A stretch of 63,904 nucleotides of DNA, filler included, from an uncultured bacterium (GCA_964637655.1; 7 parts of 7 records of this genome joined end to end with filler, not necessarily neighbours in it), one strand, 5' to 3'; shown: positions 37,098-48,075, counted from the first letter of the whole stretch. The notes: generated from the sequence alone by a model not told the origin. Numbers and translations are program-made.

Positions 37098-37247
37098 GCC
37101 AGTGTGTCCCCTCTCCCACCGGGAGAGGGCGCCGCGCAGCGGCGGGTGAGGGGTGGAAGATCAGCAACTGTATGTCGGAAAGCATCTGTTCAGCCAGTGT
37201 GTCCCCTCTCCCACCGGGAGAGGGCGCCGCGCAGCGGCGGGTGAGGG
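37098..37247. repeat. Two identical 55-bp REP-like palindromic repeats (period 95 bp) running into an assembly gap
   Basis: gccagtgtgtcccctctcccaccgggagagggcgccgcgcagcggcgggtgaggg at 37098-37152 and 37193-37247. Confidence 0.85.
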
Positions 37248-37439
37248 NNNNNNNNNNNNNNNNNNNNNNNNNNNNNNNNNNNNNNNNNNNNNNNNNNNNN
37301 NNNNNNNNNNNNNNNNNNNNNNNNNNNNNNNNNNNNNNNNNNNNNNNGCTGCACCGGGCCTTTCCTCGCCGACCGCAAAGACCGTGATGCTACTCTGTCG
37401 CCGCTTGCCCGTCATCCCGCCGCATGGCATACTGTCCGC

Positions 37440-37810
37440 ATGGCCCGCCTGCTGCCGCTGTTTCTTCTCTTCGTCGCCGCCTGTGCCGTGGCGCCGCCCC
37501 CCTCCGTCCCGCGCCATGTCGGGCGCGGTGTCCATCCCGGCGACATCGTCCATCTGGTCACCGGCGTGGGAACCATCGACATCACCCTGTACGACAAACA
37601 GGCGCCCGAAAACTGCGCCAGTGTCGTCGACCTGATTGCGTTCGGATTTTACGACGGGATGCTCTTCTACGAGTTGAGTGACAGCTGGGTCAAGACGGGC
37701 TGCCCGCGCAATGACGGCCTCGGTGGTCCCGGCTACTACGTGCCTGACGAAATTGATCCCGTGCTTCGCTTCGACCGCGCCGGCGTGGTGGCCATGGCCA
37801 GCGACGGACC
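37440..37810 (+). CDS. Cyclophilin-type peptidyl-prolyl isomerase lipoprotein, 3'-truncated
   Basis: Lipobox VAAC; GTIDITLYDKQAP...GFYDG...GCPRNDGLGGPGY...DEI...GVVAMA. Confidence 0.82.
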
Positions 37811-37922
37811 NNNNNNNNNNNNNNNNNNNNNNNNNNNNNNNNNNNNNNNNNNNNTTAATTAATTAANNNNNNNNNNNNNNNNNNNNNNNNNNNNNNNNNN
37901 NNNNNNNNNNGGTCGTGCGCGC

Positions 37923-39158
37923 TCACAGCCATGTTGTCACCCGCTCGACGATGCGTGCGCTCGCGCCCGCCTGCCCCAGCACGCGCTGCCGCCCCTCGCT
38001 GCCGACCGCAGCGCGTCGGGCGGCATCGTCAAGCAGCAGTGCTGCCGCCGCCGCGAGCGCCGCACTGTCGGCAACGGTCTGCCCGCCATGCGCCTCGAGC
38101 AGCGCCACCGCGGCGCGGAAATTGTGCGTATGCGGCCCGTACAGGACGGGCACGCCGAAGACCATCGGCTCCATCATGTTCTGCCCGCCATGCGGGATGA
38201 AACTGCCGCCGAGAAAAACGAACTGCGCACTGGCATAGAAACCGGCGAGGTCACCGATGGTGTCGATAACCAGCAGGTCAGCGGTCCACGCGCCTCCCTG
38301 CGACAGGCACTGCGCGCTCCAGCCGCGTGCCTGCGCGGCAGCCACGACCTCGGGCGCGCGCTGCGGGTGACGCGGGCAGATAACGAGTTTCACCCGCCCG
38401 CGCAGCTGTGTATGCGCGTCGAGCACCGCGGCAAATTCACCGGGATGCACGCTTCCCGCCACCCAGTAGGGCGGGGCGGCCTGCGCCAGCGGATGCGCTG
38501 CGCGCTGCGCCAGCAGCGCAATACTGTCGAACTTGGTGTTGCCGACAACCTGCACCGACTCCGCGCGCGCCCCGAGCGCCACCAGGCGCTCCGCGTCGGT
38601 CTCCGTCTGCATGGCGCACCAGTCGAGCGCACCCAGCGCCTCCGCGAAGAGCCCGCGCCAGCGCTGATACCCGCGCCACGAGCGGTCGGAAATGCGCCCG
38701 TTGATGAGTGCCTGTTTGACCCCGGCGCGGTGCGCGGCGATGATGCAGTTCGGCCAGAGTTCGGTTTCGGTGTAGAGCATGACGCGCGGCGCAAAAAGGC
38801 GCAAGGCGCGGGCGATGGCCCCCGGCAAATCGAAGGGAAAATAGGCGAAACGTTCCGCCTGCAGCCGCTGGCGCGCCAGTTTCTGCCCGGTCAGCGTCGT
38901 GGTGGTGATGACCCCGGTGATCTCCGCCGCCACGCGCAGGCGCTCCCAGACCGGCTGGGCCGCCAGGGTTTCACCCACCGACACGGCATGCAGCCAGACC
39001 ACCGGCCTGCCCGCGGGCAGCGGCGCGCCAGCGAGGTAGAGGCGCGGCCAGACGCCCCCCGCGCCACGCCCGCTGAGACGGTTGCGCAGCGCGTAGAGCG
39101 GCAGCCCCACGGGCAGCGCCGCGTACCAGAGCGCGGTATAGAGCGCGCGCAGCGTCAC
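37923..39158 (-). CDS. waaA: Kdo transferase
   Basis: VWLHAVSVGE, YTETELWPN, INGRISDRS, GNTKFD, GGQNMMEP. Confidence 0.93.
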   Translation of the reverse strand: MTLRALYTALWYAALPVGLPLYALRNRLSGRGAGGVWPRLYLAGAPLPAGRPVVWLHAVSVGETLAAQPVWERLRVAAEITGVITTTTLTGQKLARQRLQAERFAYFPFDLPGAIARALRLFAPRVMLYTETELWPNCIIAAHRAGVKQALINGRISDRSWRGYQRWRGLFAEALGALDWCAMQTETDAERLVALGARAESVQVVGNTKFDSIALLAQRAAHPLAQAAPPYWVAGSVHPGEFAAVLDAHTQLRGRVKLVICPRHPQRAPEVVAAAQARGWSAQCLSQGGAWTADLLVIDTIGDLAGFYASAQFVFLGGSFIPHGGQNMMEPMVFGVPVLYGPHTHNFRAAVALLEAHGGQTVADSAALAAAAALLLDDAARRAAVGSEGRQRVLGQAGASARIVERVTTWL

Positions 39159-40942
39159 GCGGTATGCTCCGCGTCAGCGAACTGCAATTCGTACAGCCGG
39201 CGGTAGAGTCCGCCGCGGGCGAGCAGTTCCTCGTGTTTCCCGCGGTCGACGATACGCCCGCCGTCGAGGACGATGATCAGGTCGGCGGTGGTGACGGTCG
39301 ACAGGCGGTGGGCGATGACCAGCGTCGTGCGCTGCGCCATGAGGCGTTCGAGCGCCTCCTGCACCGCGCGTTCCGATTCGGTATCGAGGCTGGATGTCGC
39401 TTCGTCGAGCAGCAGGATGGGCGGATTCTTGAGCACGGCGCGGGCGATGGAGAGGCGTTGCCGTTCGCCGCCCGAGAGCGTCATGCCGCGTTCGCCAATG
39501 ACCGTGTCAAGCCCCTGCGGCAGTTTCGCGATGAAGTCGGCGGCATTGGCGGCGCGCGCCGCCGCCATGACCTGCGCATCGTCCGCCCCGTCCGTGCCGT
39601 AGGCGATGTTATGCCGCACGGTGTCGTTGAACAGCACCACCTCCTGCGTGACGATGCCGATCTGCCGGCGCAGCGAGCCGAGGTCAACCGCGCGGACATC
39701 CTGCCCGTCGATGCACACCTCCCCCTGCGTCGGGTCGTAGAAGCGCGGCAGCAGGTTGAGCAGCGTCGTTTTGCCCGCCCCGCTGCTGCCGACAATGGCG
39801 ACGCGCATGCCGCGCGTCACCTCGATATCGACGCCGCGCAGCACCGGCTCATCGCCATAGGCGAAATGCACGTCACGATAGGTGATGCGGTCGCGGAATG
39901 CCGGCAGCGCGGGCGCGCCCGGGACACTGGTCACCGCCACCGGCGCATCGAGAATCTCGAACAGGCGTTCCCCGGCGGCGACGATCTGCTGCAGCGTGTT
40001 GTTGACCTGGGTGAGCGAGCGCAGCGGCTTGTAGAGCGAGATGAGCGCGGCCATGAAGGCGAAAAAGGTCCCGGTGGTGAGGCTCTCGCGCACCACCTGC
40101 AGGCCGCCGTAGACGATGATGCCGGCAATGGCGAAGGCGGCAATCAGTTCGAGCACGGGGGGCGCCAGCGCCTTGATGCGCAGGATGCGCAGCGAGGCGC
40201 GCAGGAACGCGGCCGCGCGCGCGCCGTGCCGCTGCCGCTCGTACGCCTCCATGGTAAACCCCTGCACGATGCGGATGCCGGCCACGCTCTCCATCACCAC
40301 CGAGGAAATCTCCCCCTGCTCCTGCTGCAGGGAGCGGGTGGTGGTGCGCATGCTCTTCCCGAAGAAGGCAATGATCCAGCCGACGAACGGGAAGACGAGC
40401 AGCGAGATGAGCGCCAGTTTCCAGTCGAGCAGGAAAATCAGTCCGAGCAGGAAGATGACCTCGGCCGGCTCGCGGATGAAGGCGGCAACGATGTTGCTGA
40501 TCGAGTTGAGGATGATGCTGATATCGCCCGTCAGGCGCGAGACAAGGTCGCCCGTCTTGCGCCGGTCGAAATACGCCAGCGACTGGGCGAGCAGCCGGGC
40601 GTAGACCGCGTTGCGCAGGTCGGTGCCCGCGCGCATGCCGCAGCTCCCCATGAAATAGGCCTGCCCGTAGGAGGCCAGTCCCTTGCAGAAAAAGACCAGC
40701 ACGAGAAAGCCGGCGGTACCGAAGAGCATCTGCGCGCGCGTGACGGTCAGGACGATGCCGGTCAGCGGCACGGGGTAGTGCACCAGGTCGCTGCCCGCGG
40801 TGAAGACATGGTCGATGATCGGCTTGATGGTGTAGATGGTGACGGCGTTGAACAGCGCGAAGAGAATCATGCAGACCGTGGCGACGGCGAGATGCCCCGC
40901 GTACGGTCTGATATAGGCGAACAGCCGCGAGTAGGTGCTCAT
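39155..40942 (-). CDS. msbA: Lipid A export ABC transporter MsbA
   Basis: TMD plus NBD (GSSGAGKT, LSGGERQR, DEATS); lies between lpxB and waaA. Confidence 0.88.
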   Translation of the reverse strand: MSTYSRLFAYIRPYAGHLAVATVCMILFALFNAVTIYTIKPIIDHVFTAGSDLVHYPVPLTGIVLTVTRAQMLFGTAGFLVLVFFCKGLASYGQAYFMGSCGMRAGTDLRNAVYARLLAQSLAYFDRRKTGDLVSRLTGDISIILNSISNIVAAFIREPAEVIFLLGLIFLLDWKLALISLLVFPFVGWIIAFFGKSMRTTTRSLQQEQGEISSVVMESVAGIRIVQGFTMEAYERQRHGARAAAFLRASLRILRIKALAPPVLELIAAFAIAGIIVYGGLQVVRESLTTGTFFAFMAALISLYKPLRSLTQVNNTLQQIVAAGERLFEILDAPVAVTSVPGAPALPAFRDRITYRDVHFAYGDEPVLRGVDIEVTRGMRVAIVGSSGAGKTTLLNLLPRFYDPTQGEVCIDGQDVRAVDLGSLRRQIGIVTQEVVLFNDTVRHNIAYGTDGADDAQVMAAARAANAADFIAKLPQGLDTVIGERGMTLSGGERQRLSIARAVLKNPPILLLDEATSSLDTESERAVQEALERLMAQRTTLVIAHRLSTVTTADLIIVLDGGRIVDRGKHEELLARGGLYRRLYELQFADAEHTA

Positions 40943-42084
40943 GCGCTCTCCTGATAGTCGCGGGCGACACTGTGCGCCGCCCGGCTGATGCCATCGTCCT
41001 GCAGCGTTGCCGCCAGCCCGGCCAGGTGCTCGCGCCGCCGCACCTGCGCGTCATCCGCCCATTCCCCGGCCAGCGCCGCTGCCAGGTTTTCCGCGGTGCA
41101 CTCCCCCTGCAGCAGTTCCGGCATAACGGTTGCACCCGCCAGCAGGTTCGGCAGCCCGGCATGGTTGACGCGGGCAAGGCGCCGCGCGAGGAAATAGGTG
41201 GCCGGCGCCATGCGGTAGGCGATAACGGTCGGCACATGGTGCAGCATGAGTTCGAGCGTCACCGTTCCCGAGGCGGCCAGCGCAACCCGCGCGCGGCGCA
41301 TCGCCGCGTAGCGCTCGTCGATGACCTGCACCGGCACCGGGTGCGCGCGCAGTTGTGCCATCAGCCACGGGCGCGGCAGGTTGGGCGCGGGGGCCAGCCA
41401 GACCGCGCAGGGGTGCTCCCGCTGAAAACGATGAGCGGCATCAAGCAACACCGGCAGCAGGCGCTCCCATTCCGACGGGCGGGAGCCCGGCAGCAGCAGC
41501 AGCGGCGGCCGGTCGTCGCGCCCCGGGTACTTCGCCGCGAACTCCGGCAGGTCGGGCTCGTCGCGCAGCAGTTCAGGCAGCGGATGCCCGACGAATTCGC
41601 TGACGACACCACGGGCGGCCAGAAAATCGTGTTCGAACGGGAAAATGCTGAGGACGCGGTGCGCCACACGCCGCAGCGTGCGCGTGCGCCAGGCACCCCA
41701 GACCCAGACCTTCGGGGGGATCCAGTAGAGCACACGCGTCGACGGCGTGAGCGTGCGCACCGTTGCCGCCGCGCGCAGGTTGAAGCCGCCAAAATCGATG
41801 CACAGCACGACGCGCGGCGGGTTGGTGCGCACCTCGTCACGCAATGCCGTCAGGGCGCGGCGCAGGAAGCCGAGTCCCCCGGCCGCCTCGGAGAGTCCCA
41901 TCAATCCGCGCGCGGCGAGCGGATAAACCAGTTCCGCCCCCGCGTCGCGCATCGCTTCCCCGCCCAGCGCGCGCAGCGGCACGCCGGGGAGCAGCGCCTG
42001 CAGGTGACGGATGAGCCGGGCCGCGTAGAGGTCGGCCGACAGTTCGCCCGTCACCAGCAGGATGCCGCCACTGCCCGCGGTCAT
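40939..42084 (-). CDS. lpxB: Lipid-A-disaccharide synthase
   Basis: GELSAD, IDFGGFN, PPKVWVW, FVGHPL, LLPGSR, ASGTVTLE. Confidence 0.93.
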   Translation of the reverse strand: MTAGSGGILLVTGELSADLYAARLIRHLQALLPGVPLRALGGEAMRDAGAELVYPLAARGLMGLSEAAGGLGFLRRALTALRDEVRTNPPRVVLCIDFGGFNLRAAATVRTLTPSTRVLYWIPPKVWVWGAWRTRTLRRVAHRVLSIFPFEHDFLAARGVVSEFVGHPLPELLRDEPDLPEFAAKYPGRDDRPPLLLLPGSRPSEWERLLPVLLDAAHRFQREHPCAVWLAPAPNLPRPWLMAQLRAHPVPVQVIDERYAAMRRARVALAASGTVTLELMLHHVPTVIAYRMAPATYFLARRLARVNHAGLPNLLAGATVMPELLQGECTAENLAAALAGEWADDAQVRRREHLAGLAATLQDDGISRAAHSVARDYQESA

Positions 42085-42085
42085 A

Positions 42086-43804
42086 TCAGTCGATGAACAG
42101 CGGCACGAAATCGAACTTGCTGATATCGACCAGTCCCTTGTCGGTCAGTTTGAGCTGCGGGATGACCGGCAGGGCGAGGAACGACAGGGTCATGAACGGA
42201 TCGCTGAGCGTGCAGCCGAGCGCCGCCGCCGCCTGCGTCAATTGCGCGTTGATGGCCGCCACCTCGGCCAGCGGGCGCGGCGAGATGAGCCCGGCGATAG
42301 GCAGTTCGAGCATGGCTTTCGTCTCAGTCCCGTCCACCACCACCGCACCGCCCGAGGCGGCGATGACCGCCTGCGCCGCCGCCGCCATCTCCGCGTCGCT
42401 GCCGCCGACGACGATGATATTGTGCGAGTCATGTGCCACCGAGGTGGCCAGCGCGCCGCGGGTGAGGCCAAATCCCTTCACCAGGCCGACGGACACTTTC
42501 TTCGACGCGCGGTGCCGGTCGATGACCGCGATTTTGAGCACATCGTTCGCCGGGTCTGCCACCACCGCGCCGTCCGCGACCCGCACCGCCAGGGCCAGCG
42601 ACTCGGTAACGATCTGCCCCGGGACGACGCCGATGACGCGTGCCGTCTTCCCCTGCACCGGAATGCGGAAATCGTCCGCCGTCACCGCCTTGGCATTCAT
42701 CGAACTGCGCAGGTGCTCGAAGCGCGGGGTGGGAAGCACCACCGTCACCTGCCCGCGCTCCGCCGCGCGGGCGCCCCACTTGTAGACCGCTTCCACCGTT
42801 ACCTGCTCAAGATCGGAGAGGACGATGATGTCCGCCTTGTAGCCGGGAATGATCGCCCCGAGCGCCGGCAGGCGGAAATAGTTGGCGGCATTGAGTGACG
42901 CCATGCGGTACGCGGTGATCGGGTTGACCCCGAACGCGATGGCGCGGCGCACCATCTCATCGATATGCCCGCGCGCGAGGATGGTGTCGGGATGGCGGTC
43001 GTCGGTGCAGAAGACGAGCTGCGCCGCGTTCTGCTCCGTCACCAGCGGCAGCAGATCGTCGAGGTTGCGTGCCCCGCTCCCCTCGCGGATCATCACCGTC
43101 ATGCCGCGCCGCAGTTTTTCGCGCGCCTCCTCCACCCCGGTGCACTCGTGGTCCGAGCGCACCCCGGCGGCGATGTAGGCATTGAGGTCCTTCCCCGAAA
43201 GGCCGGGCGCATGCCCGTCGACCACCTTGCGCTGGTCATAGGCGAGCTGCAGTTTCTTGAGCACCTCGGGATCCTTGAACAGCACCCCCGGGAAATTCAT
43301 CATTTCGCCCAGCCCGCGCACCCACTTGCTCGGCATCAGCGGGGCGAGCGAGAAGGCGTCGAGATGCGCACCCGCGGTTTCGAGGTGCGTGGCGGGAACA
43401 CACGACGGCAGCATGACGAAGACGTTGAGCGGGTTGTGCTTGCTCGACTCGAGCACGAAATTGATGCCGTCGATGCCGAGCACGTTGGCGATCTCGTGCG
43501 GGTCGATGACCGCGGTGGTGGTGCCGTGCGGCAGCACGGCGCGGGTGAATTCGGGCACGGTCACCATCGAACTCTCGAGGTGCACATGCCCGTCGATGAA
43601 TCCGGGGGCGAGGAATTTCCCGGTGACATCGACCACCTGCTTCGCCGCGTAGCCGTCGCCCAGACCGACAATCCACCCCTCGGCAATGGCCACGTCCGCC
43701 GGGTGGATCTCCCCGGAAAAGACGTTGACCACCTGACCACCCTTGAGCAGCAGGTCGACCGGCTGTTCCCCCCGGGCGTAGGCAATACGTTTCTGCAGTT
43801 CCAT
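42086..43804 (-). CDS. ade: Adenine deaminase
   Basis: PGFIDGHVHLESS, DPHEIANV, DGHAP, CTDD, SVAHDSHN. Confidence 0.95.
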   Translation of the reverse strand: MELQKRIAYARGEQPVDLLLKGGQVVNVFSGEIHPADVAIAEGWIVGLGDGYAAKQVVDVTGKFLAPGFIDGHVHLESSMVTVPEFTRAVLPHGTTTAVIDPHEIANVLGIDGINFVLESSKHNPLNVFVMLPSCVPATHLETAGAHLDAFSLAPLMPSKWVRGLGEMMNFPGVLFKDPEVLKKLQLAYDQRKVVDGHAPGLSGKDLNAYIAAGVRSDHECTGVEEAREKLRRGMTVMIREGSGARNLDDLLPLVTEQNAAQLVFCTDDRHPDTILARGHIDEMVRRAIAFGVNPITAYRMASLNAANYFRLPALGAIIPGYKADIIVLSDLEQVTVEAVYKWGARAAERGQVTVVLPTPRFEHLRSSMNAKAVTADDFRIPVQGKTARVIGVVPGQIVTESLALAVRVADGAVVADPANDVLKIAVIDRHRASKKVSVGLVKGFGLTRGALATSVAHDSHNIIVVGGSDAEMAAAAQAVIAASGGAVVVDGTETKAMLELPIAGLISPRPLAEVAAINAQLTQAAAALGCTLSDPFMTLSFLALPVIPQLKLTDKGLVDISKFDFVPLFID

Positions 43805-43822
43805 ATTCGTCTCCTTGCGCGG

Positions 43823-46800
43823 TTATTCCGCGTCGTCAGTATCGTCCTTCAGGCGCGGCTCGGTATACTCCGCCGTGCGGATTTCCCCCTGGTCGTAGAC
43901 AAAGGTCGTACGCTGCACGGTGCTTTCGATGTTCAGTGTCGCATTGCGGATAACCAGGTGGCAGCCCGGGTGGACAAACTGCGAGGCGCTGATCGTCCCC
44001 TCGCGCTTCTCCGCCAGCTTCGCCTGCAGCACCTGCAACTGCTGTTCCGCCTTGTAGACCCGCTGCTGCAGGTTGGCGGCCGCCCCCTGCAGCTGCTGCA
44101 GCAGCGTTTCCTTCTCAGGTGGCAGCGTCCCCGCCTTCCGCTTCACCTCGAGCAGCACTTTCAGGCCGAGGCGCACCTTGTGCGCATGCGCCGCGTAGTC
44201 CTGCAGCGTTTTTTCCAGTTCCGCCGCCTGCTGGCGCAGGTGCGGGTCGAGCCCGACCTCAATAACGGTCTTTGTCGCCACCGCCGTGCCGAGTTCCTTG
44301 GCGTGCACCGCGCGCCCGGCGCGCACCGTGCCGCCGATGATGACCCCCTTCTTCCCCGCGTGACAGGTGACCGCACGCCCGGCGCCGACGGTGCTGTGCA
44401 TGATGGTCTCCTGCACCACCACGTCGCGTCCCGCCTGCAGGTGCGCCGCCTCGACGAACCGCGCACGGATGTCCCCGCCCGCCTGCACGCGGCTGTGCTC
44501 GTCGCCGATGATGCCCCCGCCGATAATGATGTTGCCCTCCGCCTCGAGGGTCGCCTTCTCGACGTCGCCGGCCATGATATTGCCGGCGGCGCGCACGCTG
44601 AACCCCTGGCGCACCGTTCCCTTGACCATCACCGCGCCGAGGAAATTGATGTTGCCGGTGGAGAAGTCGACGTCGCCGCTGACCAGGTGCACCGGCTCGA
44701 CGCGCAGCACGCGCCCGATGAGCACCACCTGCCCGTCCGCGGTGGCCGTCACTTCGCGCCCGTCCGGTGTGACCGCAACATTGCGCCCGAAGGTGTACTG
44801 CGCGTCGCGTGCCGGTTTGACCGGCACCTCCTTGTTGTACACGTCGATGCCCGGGGTGCCCGGCACCGGCGCATGGCGCAGGGCGATCACCTGGCCCGCG
44901 GTAACGCTCTCGAGCAGGTTCATCTCATGGAAATCGACCTGCCCGCTGTCGTCCTCGGCCAGTTTCGCCTTGCTGTCGCCGAGGTTGACCTTGAATTCCA
45001 GGCGCCCGTCCTGCGCCGGCTGCGCGGGGAGTCCCTGCGCCACCACCACCGGCGTCCCGTACGTCCCCTCCGCAAATATCTTCTGGATGGACGCGAGGTC
45101 GCAGCGCGTGAGGCCCTGCTCCGCCAGCGCCTCGACCAGTTCCTCCGCCGTCGTTGCCCGCCCGAGCGGTTTGGCCGCCTGCACCGTCACCGTGCAGGTC
45201 ATTTTGTCCGGTGACACCGTAATGCTGAACGAACCGTCAAGGTCGGGTTCCGGCTGCCGCGGCCCGATCACCGTCTCCGCGCCCGTCGCCTGCCGCACCG
45301 TTTCCGCCAGCAGTTTCATATCGAGCCCGCTGCGGTAGCGGCGCTTGTCCAGTTCCGCGCGCACGGCATCAGGCGTAACTTTCACCCCGTCGCCTTTCGC
45401 CGGGTAGACGATGAGCACCAGCCCCTGGTCGCTGTTGGTGAGTACAAAGCGCCCGTTTTCCTTTTCGTCGAGCCGGGCGAACGCGGCCGCCGGCGACGCC
45501 TGGTCGTCTTTCGCCGCCCTGATGCTGACGCGCAGGATGTACGGCTTGTGTCCGACCCCGAACATCCCCTTGCTCATCTCCTGGACGACCTTGTGCTGCA
45601 GGCGTTCGGGCGGCTCCCCCAGCAGTTTCGCCGCCTCCTGCAGTCCCGCCGCGATGCTCTCGCAGGTGACCTCGACGCTGGTACGCCGCGGACCCGGCGC
45701 ATACTTGCGTTCGAGCGCGGCGGGATTGTCGCCCGCCACCGTCTGCACCACCACGAAAATCTTCGGTCCCGCCGGTACCGGGGCGCCTTTTTTCCCTGCG
45801 GCCGCCGGTGCCGGGTCAGGAAGCGCGAAGACCAGCACCTGGTCGGCCGGCAGCCCGAGGAAATGCGCTCCCTGCCGTCCCGCTGCCGCCGTGTCCGTCG
45901 CCGTCAGGCGGATGACCTTGCGCGTGCGGGTGAGTTTGGCCGCGTGTTCTTCGAGATTGACCGCGACGTGGTCGGCCGCGGGCGCCACTGCCAGCGCACT
46001 GCGTCGTTTCACTTTCGGCTCGCGGTAGACCTCGGCGACCACGCGCCCTTCCTTTTCCATGAAGCAGGGTCGCTTTTCCTCCTTGCCGACGGCGGTCGGA
46101 TCGCTCCGCCCGATGACCATTTTCACCCCGGGATAGGCGCTGCCGGCGACATTGACCATGCCGCTGTGCGCCGCCGCCAGCGCCGTGGTCAGGCGCTTTT
46201 CCTGCGCCTGCAGGCGCTGCAGGAGATCCCCCGCCTTCTTCTTGGCCGCGAGCTGCTGTTCGAGCATCGCCTTGCCTTCGTCGGTGAGCGTCCCGGCCGC
46301 CTTGCGCGTGATCAGCCCGGCCACCGCCTGCGTCACCGCGTCCAGCTGCTCTTTGGCCAGCGCGCTGTCGCGGCGCACCTGTTCGAGCGCCTCCTTGTCG
46401 GAGCCGCGCGCGCCCACCAGCACGCTGGTCTCTACCCCGGCCGTGGTCCCCAGGTCGCGACAGTTTATTTCCTCGCCCGCCTGCAGCGTACCGCCGGCGA
46501 TAACCCCTTTGTCACCCGTGCAGACAATACGCGCCCCCGCACTGACGCGGCTGTGCAGGATGGCCTCGTCGACGATGATATTGTTCTCCGCCTCGAGCGC
46601 GGCATTCTCGACGAACCCGGCATAGATATCATTGCCGGCACTCACCCGCCCCTGGCTGCCCCCGAGAATGCCCTTGCGCACGATGACGCTGCCGCCCGCC
46701 ACCAGCGTGGTGCGCCCGACCGTGCCGCCGACGATGATGTCGCCATCCGCCTGCAGCACCAGCCCGTCCGCGACGTTGCCGGCCACCATGATGCTCCCCG

Positions 46801-47244
46801 GCGTGACGATGTTCCCCGTCTGTACCGTCAGATCACCGTCGATGTGCCGGATGGGGGAAACCGCGACATGGTCGCCGGCCCAGCAGACGATACCGTCGAC
46901 CGCGGCGAAAAGTCGACGGCCGCCGTCGCCGCAGAGCACCTGCTCACCCGGAGTAAAAAAGACGTCGCCGTCTTCGCCCGCCGCCAGCGATGCGGCGAGC
47001 AGCTGCCCGGCCCGCACCGACAGGTCGCCCACCTCGCCACCCGCGAGCAGCGCGCGCAGTTCCTTGAGCGTGAGTTCACGTTCGCGCTGCCAGGGCCAGG
47101 TATAGAGGCGCGTGCCGGTGCCGTCCGCCGGTGCCATCGCCTGGTCCGGCGCCGCCGCGGCGGCCGCCGGCTCCGCGGCGGGCGCCTTCCCCGTGGCGGC
47201 CGTCACCTGCTCATCCGTCAGTTTGAGCAGCGTCACCGGCTCGC
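43823..47244 (-). CDS. FapA (DUF342) flagellar assembly protein with two DUF342 modules and Jag_N-like domain(s); 5'-truncated
   Basis: Two beta-helix blocks (GDLTVQTGNI... and GDVDFSTGNINF...). A Jag_N-like segment SVEVTCESIAAGLQEAAKLLG...KGMFGVG lies between them. Confidence 0.8.
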
Positions 47245-47344
47245 NNNNNNNNNNNNNNNNNNNNNNNNNNNNNNNNNNNNNNNNNNNNTTAATTAATTAA
47301 NNNNNNNNNNNNNNNNNNNNNNNNNNNNNNNNNNNNNNNNNNNN

Positions 47345-47399
47345 AAGTGGGTCACTTTGAAGTGCCCACGGGTGGGTCACTTTCAACTGCCCTTTGACA
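47345..47399 (-). mobile_element. IS21-family-like terminal sequence at contig edge
   Basis: Minus strand TGTCAAAGGGCAGTTGAAAGTGACCCACCCGTGGGCACTTCAAAGTGACCCAC has a TG end and two AAAGTGACCCAC repeats 25 bp apart. Confidence 0.7.
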
Positions 47400-47692
47400 G
47401 TCCTATCGCCATGGGAAAGACTGGTGAATTCCATTAGTTTAGCCCGGAGATAGGACAAACAGGAGCTGTCGCCGATTTTCGCCAATGCATACGCCGCTGT
47501 TATTTTCACCCGCACCGGTTCGTTCTCGGCATTCAGCAGTTCGCGAATTACCGGAATGATTTGCGGTTCCCCAGTGCTTGCCATGGTCTGGATATATAAG
47601 GGCTTTAATGGCCGGCTTGATTCCAATCCCAACTGGTCAATTAGATACGGGACGACATCCGCTCCAGACATCACCGATAATGCATTTAAAGC
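47400..47692 (-). pseudogene. HEAT-repeat protein fragment (lower GC), cut by the IS end
   Basis: ADVVPYLIDQL...QIIPVIRELLNAENEPVRVKITAAYALAKIG; no credible start. Confidence 0.5.
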
Positions 47693-48060
47693 ATGACGGC
47701 AGGGATTGCCACAGTGACGAACATGACCGGCGCTGGGACAAGCCGCCGGCGCATGATGACCGGTACGACTGCGACCGGCGCGACGATCGCGATGACCGGC
47801 GTGATGTCCGTTCCGGCCCGGCCTGTGAGCGGCATGACCAGCCGGCCGGACATGTGGACAACCGCATGGGCCATGACAATCGCAACACGCCGGACCGCAA
47901 CCAGCATGCCGGTTCCGCCGCACCCGCCGGCAACGGCGGGCGGGTTCACGACGACAATGGCCACGGCAACGACCCTGGGCACACCGATCCGAGCAATCCC
48001 GGCCGGGGCAACGGCAACCACGGCACGCAGCCGGGCGGCAACGGCCGCGGGAACAGGTAA
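47680..48060 (+). CDS. His/Asp/Arg/Gly-rich low-complexity ORF, probably the 3' part of a truncated gene
   Basis: HDDRYDCDRRDDR...DDNGHGNDPGHTDPSNPG; followed by a strong terminator. Confidence 0.5.
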   Translation: MHLKHDGRDCHSDEHDRRWDKPPAHDDRYDCDRRDDRDDRRDVRSGPACERHDQPAGHVDNRMGHDNRNTPDRNQHAGSAAPAGNGGRVHDDNGHGNDPGHTDPSNPGRGNGNHGTQPGGNGRGNR

Positions 48061-48075
48061 GCAAGTTCAGAGGGG

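Noticed and set aside
37098-37247. Repeat-spacer-repeat read as a CRISPR array
   Set aside because: Only two units are visible, 55 bp is long for a CRISPR repeat, the sequence is a typical REP-like hairpin and there are no cas genes.
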